From Spirulina sp. (GTDB taxonomy: Bacteria; Cyanobacteriota; Cyanobacteriia; Phormidesmidales; Phormidesmidaceae): DNA of 64,000 nt. Positions 19,001-25,164 of this stretch are shown one piece after another (the first letter of the stretch is position 1; each line of letters opens with the position of its first letter). The translations under genes and the position numbers were made by a program. The stretch lies in assembly GCA_044070495.1 (NCBI GenBank), contig JBIPSI010000011.1, forward strand, positions 1 to 64,000, given 5' to 3'. The notes beneath the pieces were generated by a model, which was given only the letters and a program-made list of their open reading frames with translations, searched no databases and was not told the origin of the DNA.

Positions 19001-19622
19001 CCTGGCCGAAGAGACAGGCTTAATTGCCGCCATCGACCAGTGGGTACTCAAAACCGCCTGCCAACAGTTGGTCACTTGGCAACAGCAATCCCCTGATCAC
19101 CAGGACTTAATGATAAGTAGCAATATGGTGGTCAACGACTTGATGGCTACCGAGGCCCTAAGCGTCATTGATCGCATTCTGATCGAAACTGGGCTGGACG
19201 GGAAATACCTCACCCTCGAAATTACCGAAAGTATGCTAATTGAACAGATCCAAGCCATGGCGCTGGTGCTAGAACAGCTACAAGCCCGCCATATTCGGGT
19301 CAGTATTGACGATTTTGGTACGGGCTATTCGTCGTTAAGTTATCTGCACCGTCTGCCCGTCAATGCCTTTAAGATTGACCGCTCTTTTGTGATGCAAATT
19401 GAGACCAATCCCAAAAATGCTGAAATTGTCAAAACCATCATCACCCTCAGCAATCGCTTAGGGCTTAAGGTGATTGCCGAAGGTATTGAAACCGAAGCAC
19501 AACTCAACTACTTACAGAAATTGAATTGCGATCTGGGGCAGGGTTATTTCTTTGCGCCCCCCCTATCAGCAACGGCGGCCACCGAGTTTTTGACCAACTT
19601 CAAAACTGCACCGACACCCTAA
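13008..19622 (+). CDS. Large multi-PAS/GAF diguanylate cyclase/phosphodiesterase (GGDEF-EAL)
   Basis: Receiver-like N-terminus, many PAS/PAC repeats (HPDD...DIT), GAF domains (GSCGTAAF), RLGGDEF, GFEALVRW, DDFGTGYSSLSYL. Confidence 0.95.
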   Translation: MKILFLGEIENDRIKLTQILKEVSVTDHLEFLDPLPAAAESNQLAAGNLVFAPLQLLKALFSQAELAPTQCPYYAVAIAADDEIENLSEWLAEGGHDYLIKDPAGFQGPLLPLALKRILNAVQVHQGRQALETESHLLKTVINQVPNQIFVKDSNGRYLLANQEIANFYGLAPEQMVGRQDSDFHPDAAKVETFRLQNQTVIETQQDLVINEEYEVDAEGADHWLNWHKLPFSWPNDDSGVVLGIGTDITAYHQIMAFLRENNQRLSLALKAARAGVWDWDLLTDRLTWSEENFELLGYTANRHRASYANWLDAIHPDDRERADAIFLQTLADQANLDLEVRVCWPDGTIRWLRNIGQFTYDDQGNPTRLIGIQIDVTETKQAAAQIAFQASLLHQVRQAVIATDLNGQITYWNQHAEDLYQWTAAEALGANVNDILVPQGLHLQADHILQAVTKQGHWQGEFEVRRRGGSLLPIYIVNSLLRNDRAEPMGFVGVSIDISDRKRLEAERDRHAQLLARQRDVLELMVLDTPLPEVLNRLILALEAQCEGMVGSILLLDGQHLWHGAAPGLPIAYQRAIDGIEIGPKAGSCGTAAFRQEPVIVSDIATDPLWEDYRDLALPHGLRACWSVPIISRSGQVLGTFAQYHPTPYHPTAQDEVLVDTAVKLAALAIDQSRSDQAMRESEARFRAIFEQAAVGMTQASLDGRLLRVNPGLCQFLGYTAEELLHLTFQAITHPDDLPANLVVYSQLLGGSRSSYSLEKRYIRKDRTVVWGHLTVSLMRDQAGHPLYLIAVVEDITARKQAEQELQDLVEGAAALTGPDFFPALAAYVALTLDVGYVLISKRQEDTFSTHAFWANGKLRPNVSGSLCQSPCGVAMAEGIYICTEAIQQRFPDNPLLKEIEAESYLGVQLTNLAGDTLGSLCVIDSNPLAHPQRAADMLRIFAARVSAEMEREAAILALQHLNQTLEFQVESRTADLQWANRQLQQALAERQMLVALVENSTDFIATTTPEGVFTYLNRAGRQMVGLDDTTDITTYTIADFHFPEDWPEIARTVLPPLRQGDTWQGEIRLRHLHTGVAIPMFHSAFAINDPHTGQPIAFAGILRDISDLKQKEVQLRQLSERLTLALQSGRFGIWEYDITQKQLIWDDRMCELYGIAPQEFGGTVADWEQRVHPDDLALAQATAVQSEREAQPYDTEFRVVLPNGAVRHIKAYAFHERNPEGEAIRAVGVNFDITDLKHAEAALRDSEAQMRMVIEALPDLLLRVSTTGHCRTVVCSNYASDQFFPIVDHLAEVLPEPLLQRQLVSIQRAVATGEVEIYEHQLERDGHIVHEEIRIGPISADEALVVVRNITDRKQAEAALLESETRYRRLMEGASDAILMADSEGYLLDVNQQALELLGYDREELVGMHISQIHPPETLASAKTNFAALIRQGSHLPMSNAVLCKDGHRVSVEVTATLIEINGQWVAQGIFRDISERQRVEQEMQRLRERLQFLLSASPAVIYTCQPTGDFRCTFISENIQRVLGYTPDEWLHETDFWLNRLHPEDVERVLSDLASLFSQGHHTHEYRLLDKWGHYRWIQDELRLLRDDQGKPLEIVGYIADVTDRKRAELALQQLNEDLENLVHQRTQELEEQSNLLKTILNSLADGVLVANQAGEIILQNPAAAQITLTELPNTANPEHWGTHWGIYLPDNTLCPPDQIPLWRAAQGSAFDHMEVILRNERCPQGLYLEVSGRPLKNGNGQVLGGVVVFRDVSQRKQDEAQLRYNSLHDSLTDLPNRDFLTQQITGLIQRTQASQQQNFAVLFLDLDHFKVINDSLGHGVGDQILNQVAQRLRSLLRPADQAARLGGDEFVVLVDRIADVKIPVRLAERLLQEFQKPMMLGEREIFVKTSLGIVLGNSTYHTAADVLRDADIALYQAKAKGRNQYALFNEAMHIQALERLQMEHDLRLALVREELVVYYQPVINLRYWRVAGFEALVRWQHPTQGFIPPDKFIPLAEETGLIAAIDQWVLKTACQQLVTWQQQSPDHQDLMISSNMVVNDLMATEALSVIDRILIETGLDGKYLTLEITESMLIEQIQAMALVLEQLQARHIRVSIDDFGTGYSSLSYLHRLPVNAFKIDRSFVMQIETNPKNAEIVKTIITLSNRLGLKVIAEGIETEAQLNYLQKLNCDLGQGYFFAPPLSATAATEFLTNFKTAPTP

Positions 19623-19666
19623 TTCGGGGCTATCATGCCACTATTGCCCCCGTTCTCCGCTGGCCT

Positions 19667-19999
19667 ATGCCCTTGCCCCCTACCACGGTTCCCTGGCTCC
19701 AGGTGATGACGGATCGCATCGTTGAGCAGTTCGATCCCCTCAAAATTATCCTGTTTGGCTCCCATGCCAGGGGAGATGCGACGGCAGATAGCGACATTGA
19801 TCTGCTGGTAGTGTTTCCAGCCTTGGAGAGTAAGCGACAGAAGACCCTGGAAATTCTCGGAAGTCTAGGCGATTTGCCCGTGGCGAAAGATATTGTTGTG
19901 ACGACCCCGGCAGAACTTGAGGAGTATGGCCACTTGGTGGGCCTAGTGTTTCGGCCAGCCCTACGGGAAGGGAAGGTGATCTATGAGCGACCAGAATAA
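19667..19999 (+). CDS. Minimal nucleotidyltransferase (MNT) antitoxin
   Basis: IILFGSHARGDATADSDIDLLVV...EGKVIYE. Confidence 0.9.
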   Translation: MPLPPTTVPWLQVMTDRIVEQFDPLKIILFGSHARGDATADSDIDLLVVFPALESKRQKTLEILGSLGDLPVAKDIVVTTPAELEEYGHLVGLVFRPALREGKVIYERPE

Positions 20000-20402
20000 A
20001 ACTACCGTTGAAACCCAACGCTGGCTTGCCTACGCCAAACGAGATCTTGACGCGGCCCAGGCTTTGTTCAATCAGGGAGATATCTTTACCCAGCAAGTGT
20101 GTTTCTTGGCTCAGCAAGGCGCAGAAAAGGCACTAAAGGCGGGGCTAATTTTTGAACAGATTGAGTTTCCCTTTCGCCACGACTTAGATATGCTCAGAAA
20201 TCTGTTGCCAGCAACCTGGAGTTGTCATCAGACTTACCCAACGCTAAAGACATTGACGCTTTGGGCCACGGAGAGCCGCTACTCTAGCAGCCTAGAAGAT
20301 CCAACCCAAGAGGATGCCCAGGCTGCCTTGGAACTGGCGCAGGAAGTATTGTTATCCGTCCAAGCTGACTTGATGCAGCGAGGTTTTTCGCTGTCGCCCT
20401 AG
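19983..20402 (+). CDS. HEPN domain toxin
   Basis: WLAYAKRDL...CFLAQQGAEKALKA...RHDL...ESRY; overlaps the MNT gene. Confidence 0.9.
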   Translation: MSDQNKTTVETQRWLAYAKRDLDAAQALFNQGDIFTQQVCFLAQQGAEKALKAGLIFEQIEFPFRHDLDMLRNLLPATWSCHQTYPTLKTLTLWATESRYSSSLEDPTQEDAQAALELAQEVLLSVQADLMQRGFSLSP

Positions 20403-20407
20403 ACCAT

Positions 20408-20492
20408 GTAGGTTGGGTGCAGCGGAGCGGAACCCAACACTCGCCGAGGATTTAGGGCCTGCTGGGTTCTGCTAACGCGCCACCCAACCTAC
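20408..20492. repeat. REP doublet family C, copy 2
   Basis: Near-identical to 12103-12187. Confidence 0.9.
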
Positions 20493-20593
20493 GAGATAGC
20501 AAAGCTTTTTAAGGTGGTGCCAGTCGGTCAGGCCCCTATCCCGCCAAGGGCACTAAGATGTGAGGATACGCCCGCCCGCCCCTGCCTGTGCCT

Positions 20594-23320
20594 ATGTCCA
20601 CCACCGCCGCACCTCTGCAAGCCTTCGTCAACTACGTGGCCGAATACCTGAAGGGAGACGAAAAGGGGGAAGCCCCGATCTTTCTGGATAAGTTTTTTCG
20701 CGCCTTTGGCCATGAGGGAGCCATCGAAGCCGGAGCCACCTACGAGGAACGCATCCACAAGGGCAGCAAGAAGGGCAAAACGGGCTTTGCCGACCTGGTG
20801 TGGAAGCCCCGTGTGCTGATCGAAATGAAAAAGCGGGGGGCCGACCTCAGCAAGCATTATTCCCAGGCGTTTGACTATTGGCAGCGGGCGGTGCCGAATC
20901 GGCCTCGCTATGTGATGCTGTGCAATTTTGATGAATTTTGGGTCTACGACTTCGATACCCAAATCGACACGCCCATCGACATGGTGCCCCTGGCCCAACT
21001 GCCCGAACGAGCCGCCACCTTTGGCTTTATGGAGGTGCAGGAACGGAAATCGGTCTTTGGCAACAACCAGGTGGTGGTGACGGAAAAGGCCGCCAAACGC
21101 ATGGGCGAGCTATACCAAACCCTGCGAGATCGCATCATGCACGTTCGCCGCATTGACAAACCAGAGGCGGCCCTGGTGGCTCAGCGGTTTGTGTTGCAGT
21201 GCGTGCTGGCCATGTTTGCCGAAGACCGCAACCTGTTGCCCAACAGCCTGTTTGTGGCCTGTGTGCAAGATTGTCTGCAATCCGGGGCCAGTTCCTACGA
21301 TGTGCTGGGGGGCCTATTTCGAGAGATGAATACCCCCGGCACCACCCCCGCCGGACGCTTTGAAGGGGTAGAGTATTTCAATGGTGGGCTGTTTCGCCAT
21401 ATCGACCCCATCGACCTGACAAAACAAGAGCTAAAGCTACTGGAAATTTCGGCCCTAGAGGACTGGAGTAAGGTACGCCCCGCTATTTTTGGCAGCATTT
21501 TTGAATCCGCCATCGACAGCAAAGAACGCCACGCCCACGGCATTCACTACACCTCCGAGGCGGACATTATGAAAATTGTGCGCCCCACCATTTCCCGCTA
21601 TTGGGAAGACCGCATCGACCAAGCCAACACCATCGGCGAACTCAATGCCCTCCAGCTAGAACTCCAACAATATCGAGTCCTAGATCCGGCCTGTGGATCT
21701 GGCAACTTTCTCTACATTGCCTACCAAGAACTGAAACAAATTGAACAAGACCTGCTAGACAAAATTGCCGAACGTCGCCGCTCTCCTCGCGAACAAATTC
21801 AGATGGGTTTTGTGACGCCCCTACAATTTTTTGGCCTCGACAATAACCCCTTTGCCGTAGAATTGGCCCGCGTGACGCTAATGATTGCCCGCAAAGTCGC
21901 CATCGACCGCCTCGGCCTAACGGAAGCCAATTTGCCCCTAGATACCCTAGACGACAATATCCGCTGCCAAGATGCCCTGTTTACCGAATGGCCCAAGGCT
22001 GACGCGATTATTGGGAATCCGCCGTTTTTGGGTGGTTCCAGAATTCGTCTTGAACTAGGAGATAATTATGCTGAACGAGTATTTGAAAAGTTTTCTGATA
22101 TTCGAGCGCAAGTTGATTTTGCAAGTTATTGGTTTCGCCTAGCTCATGATCATATTGATTGTCAGGGTCGAGCTGGGCTGGTAGCAACTAATTCTATCAG
22201 CCAAGGAAAGAGCCGATCTGTATCGCTCGATTACATCACGCAAAATGGAGGATATATTCATGAAGCAATTTCGACACAGCCGTGGTCGGGAGAAGCCCAT
22301 GTTTTTGTAAGCCTTGTGAACTGGTCAAAATCTCCCGCAAAACAATCATATTTAGACAACAAAAATGTCGAAAGTATTAATTCAGCTTTAAAGTCAGAAA
22401 TAGATGTATCAGTAGCAAAAAACATTCAAGCAAATAATCAGTTTTCTTTTGTTGGCCCTCAACCTAATGGCAAGGGTTTCTTGATTAATGAAGATACCGC
22501 CAACAGGTGGATCAAGGACGATATTAAAAATCGTGAGGTAGTAAAGCTTTTTTCAGGAGCTACAGATCTGGCTAGAAAACCTCATGGTAGTCCTAGCAGA
22601 TGGATTATTGATTTTTCGGATATGTCGATAGAAAAAGCCAGTCAATATAAACTACCTTTTCAGCATGTCAAGGAAAACGTTAAGCCAGAAAGAGAACAGA
22701 ATAGAGAAGCTGTTTTGCGTGAAAAGTGGTGGCGATTTAAGCGCACAAACGAAGCAATGCGTAAAGCTCTAGAGCAACTGCGTATATATTTTAATACTCC
22801 TAGACATGCTAAGTGGTCTATTTTTATTCCAGCGGATATCACTTGGCTACCTGGTGATTCAACTGTAGTAGTTGCTTCGGAAGATTTTTATATTCTGGGA
22901 GTATTAACTTCCAGTATTCATCGTCTTTGGGTGGTCGCTAAAAGCTCTACTATCAAAGGCGACTTGCGCTATACACCTAATACCTGTTTTGAAACCTTCC
23001 CCTTTCCCCAAACCCCCAGCCCTGCCATTGTGCAAAAAATCCGCGACAAAGCCCTAGAACTGCACCAATACCGCAGACAACAAATGGAGCAAAAACAATG
23101 GGGCATCACCAAACTCTACAACGCCTATTTTGATGAACCCGCCAGCCAGCTCTATAAACTCCACAAACAACTCGATGCCCTCGTCCTCCAAGCCTACGGC
23201 TTCAGTGCAAACGACGACCTCCTCGAAAAACTGCTAACCCTCAACCTCGCCCTCGCCGCCAAAGAACAAAACGGCCAACCCGTCATCGGCCCCTGGGATC
23301 CAACCAAGGAGAAAAGATGA
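20594..23320 (+). CDS. MmeI-like (type IIL/IIG) fused restriction endonuclease-m6A methyltransferase
   Basis: N-terminal FADLVWK..LIEMK nuclease motif; YFNGGLF; GIHYTS; VLDPACGSGNFL; IIGNPPFLG; C-terminal LRYTP.TCFETFPFP. Confidence 0.9.
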   Translation: MSTTAAPLQAFVNYVAEYLKGDEKGEAPIFLDKFFRAFGHEGAIEAGATYEERIHKGSKKGKTGFADLVWKPRVLIEMKKRGADLSKHYSQAFDYWQRAVPNRPRYVMLCNFDEFWVYDFDTQIDTPIDMVPLAQLPERAATFGFMEVQERKSVFGNNQVVVTEKAAKRMGELYQTLRDRIMHVRRIDKPEAALVAQRFVLQCVLAMFAEDRNLLPNSLFVACVQDCLQSGASSYDVLGGLFREMNTPGTTPAGRFEGVEYFNGGLFRHIDPIDLTKQELKLLEISALEDWSKVRPAIFGSIFESAIDSKERHAHGIHYTSEADIMKIVRPTISRYWEDRIDQANTIGELNALQLELQQYRVLDPACGSGNFLYIAYQELKQIEQDLLDKIAERRRSPREQIQMGFVTPLQFFGLDNNPFAVELARVTLMIARKVAIDRLGLTEANLPLDTLDDNIRCQDALFTEWPKADAIIGNPPFLGGSRIRLELGDNYAERVFEKFSDIRAQVDFASYWFRLAHDHIDCQGRAGLVATNSISQGKSRSVSLDYITQNGGYIHEAISTQPWSGEAHVFVSLVNWSKSPAKQSYLDNKNVESINSALKSEIDVSVAKNIQANNQFSFVGPQPNGKGFLINEDTANRWIKDDIKNREVVKLFSGATDLARKPHGSPSRWIIDFSDMSIEKASQYKLPFQHVKENVKPEREQNREAVLREKWWRFKRTNEAMRKALEQLRIYFNTPRHAKWSIFIPADITWLPGDSTVVVASEDFYILGVLTSSIHRLWVVAKSSTIKGDLRYTPNTCFETFPFPQTPSPAIVQKIRDKALELHQYRRQQMEQKQWGITKLYNAYFDEPASQLYKLHKQLDALVLQAYGFSANDDLLEKLLTLNLALAAKEQNGQPVIGPWDPTKEKR

Positions 23321-23622
23321 CTGCTGTCGCCCAATCCATCAACAGTGTTCCAATACGTCTCCCAGACGAAAGATGGGAACATATCACTCAGCGCCATGCA
23401 GATCTCCTCGGTCAGCAGGAAATTTTATTAGAGACGATTTCCAATCCGTTGCGTATCTTACAAGGCAATGAAAATGCACTAATGGCCATTCAAGAAATAA
23501 AACCTGGGAAATGGTTAGTCGTAGTTTACAAAGAAGAAAACATAAACGATGGCTTCGTCATTACAGCCTTTTCAACTCGCAAAATCAACGCACTTAATCG
23601 GAGGCAACAATTATGGCCCTAG
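23317..23622 (+). CDS. Small putative toxin (RelE/barnase-like) paired with DUF2283
   Basis: IRLPDERWEHITQRH...WLVVVYKE...GFVITAF; overlaps both neighbours. Confidence 0.65.
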   Translation: MTAVAQSINSVPIRLPDERWEHITQRHADLLGQQEILLETISNPLRILQGNENALMAIQEIKPGKWLVVVYKEENINDGFVITAFSTRKINALNRRQQLWP

Positions 23623-23855
23623 CGAACTACCAAGAAGCTCAGACCTACCTTAAATTTCTACCACTTTTGCAAGATTTACCCAAACAACCTTTTTTCATCG
23701 TTTATGATGCAGAAGCGGATGTACTTTACATTGACTTCAACAATCCACCTCAATCCGCCGACGATAGCGAACTCACCGACGACGACATTGTCATTCGCTA
23801 CGACGAAACCGAGGCCATCATTGGCTTAACTATTCTCAATGCTAGCCAGCGCTAA
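23613..23855 (+). CDS. DUF2283 family protein (putative antitoxin)
   Basis: YDAEADVLYIDF...DDIVIRYD...IIGLTILNAS. Confidence 0.85.
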   Translation: MALANYQEAQTYLKFLPLLQDLPKQPFFIVYDAEADVLYIDFNNPPQSADDSELTDDDIVIRYDETEAIIGLTILNASQR

Positions 23856-23857
23856 TC
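23805..23857 (+). repeat. 53-bp direct repeat, copy 1 (3' end of the DUF2283 gene)
   Basis: 48/53 identical to 24814-24866. Confidence 0.95.
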
Positions 23858-23963
23858 GTGCAGATCATCACACAGGCTGTCATCAAGTCAAGAACGTCAA
23901 ATTCGTCATCGCGCCTGAGATCTAACAACATTAAACTCAGAAACATAATCAGGAGAATGATCT

Positions 23964-24200
23964 ATGCAGGTTACTAAAGAAACCATCAAGCAAGAAATCG
24001 ATCATCTAGATAATGCCCAGTTAACCCAACTCGCTGAATACATTGCCTTTCTAAAATTTCGTAGCCAATATCAAAAGCCAGCTCTCGATCTAACTCAATT
24101 CGCCGACTTATACCAACAATTTGCCGACGAAGACCATCAACTCGCCGAAGCCGGACTAGCCGACTACGCCTATCAGCTAGAGCAGGAGGATCAAGCATGA
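23964..24200 (+). CDS. Putative antitoxin (DUF2281-like) of MazF
   Basis: IKQEIDHL...LAEYIAFLKFR; acidic tail LAEAGLADY; ATGA overlap with the toxin. Confidence 0.7.
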   Translation: MQVTKETIKQEIDHLDNAQLTQLAEYIAFLKFRSQYQKPALDLTQFADLYQQFADEDHQLAEAGLADYAYQLEQEDQA

Positions 24201-24547
24201 GCTTTAACCGTGGAGACGTTTGGTTAGCCAACTTAAATCCTATCCAAGGCTCCGAGCAAGCTGGAACTCGCCCTGTTATTATTTTTCAGGAAAGCACCCT
24301 AGCTAAATTTACAACCACGATTATTGCCATTCCAGTTACCAGCAACCTACGACGAGCCGCCTTACCAACCTGTGTGCAGATAACTCAGGGAGAAGGAGGA
24401 CTCAGCCAAGATTCTGTCGCCCTATGTCATCAAATCCGTGCGCTTGATAGAACCAGAATTTTCAAAAAGTTAGGGCAGCTAGAACCCAACACCGTGACAA
24501 ATTTGGAAACAATCATTCTTTTCACTCTAGGCTACTCTATCCAGTAA
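24197..24547 (+). CDS. mazF: PemK/MazF endoribonuclease toxin
   Basis: RGDVWLANLNPIQGSEQAGTRPVII...IPVTS...DSVALCHQIRALD. Confidence 0.92.
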   Translation: MSFNRGDVWLANLNPIQGSEQAGTRPVIIFQESTLAKFTTTIIAIPVTSNLRRAALPTCVQITQGEGGLSQDSVALCHQIRALDRTRIFKKLGQLEPNTVTNLETIILFTLGYSIQ

Positions 24548-24561
24548 TCGAGAACCACCCC

Positions 24562-24813
24562 ATGACTAACCCTAGCCTCAGCGAAACACAACTAAAAGAC
24601 CTCATCAAAGTCGCCATTCTAGAAATTTTCCAAAAAAGACGCGATCTTTTTCAAGAGATAATCTCTGAAGCCTTAGAAGACATGGCCTTAGTTAAAGCCA
24701 TTGATGAAGGGAAAGACTCTGAACCCATCAGCCGAGAAACCTTATTGAGTGAACCAATACTTGCCGAAAAATGGCTTACCCCCGAAGAGGATGAAGCATG
24801 GAAGCATTTGTAA
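24562..24813 (+). CDS. Small antitoxin-like protein, possibly chimeric
   Basis: LKDLIKVAILE...EDMALVKAIDEG followed by LLSEPILAEKWLTPEEDEAWKHL; no toxin follows. Confidence 0.55.
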   Translation: MTNPSLSETQLKDLIKVAILEIFQKRRDLFQEIISEALEDMALVKAIDEGKDSEPISRETLLSEPILAEKWLTPEEDEAWKHL

Positions 24814-24866
24814 GAAACCGAGGCCATTATTGGCTTAACCATTCTCAACGCCAGCCAGCGTTAATC
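24814..24866 (+). repeat. 53-bp direct repeat, copy 2 (orphan DUF2283 3' end)
   Basis: Encodes the same ETEAIIGLTILNASQR* as copy 1. Confidence 0.95.
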
Positions 24867-25041
24867 CTGAACAGAGAAAAAACCTCGCCCTCGACAACCC
24901 TAGGGTGAATAACGAAGGGAGACAAGGCCCACTGTAGCGAGTTTCCTGAGTCGCCCTTAGGCTGTGGGATGTGGGTGGTGCATGTGCCCCGGCCTTGGGC
25001 CTGCCAAGACCCAGAAATTCTTTTTGCAAGAAAAAATAGCC

Positions 25042-25088
25042 AAAAAAAAGGAGAGCCGAACAGCTCTCCCTACCATCAGGGTGCATCT
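25042..25088 (-). ncRNA. Candidate small RNA or intrinsic terminator
   Basis: Minus strand: TATTAT -10-like box, then AGATGCACCCTGATGGTAG, GGAGAGC-TGTTCG-GCTCTCC hairpin and T8. Confidence 0.45.
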
Positions 25089-25164
25089 GATACCATAATA
25101 ACCCAAAAAACGCATGGGGGGTGAGACCCCTCATTAATTTTTCTAATCTGTTTGGTCGGGGTGT

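Noticed and set aside
23317..24866. Integron cassette array
   Set aside because: No integron integrase and no attC-like palindromes; the repeat is coding sequence.
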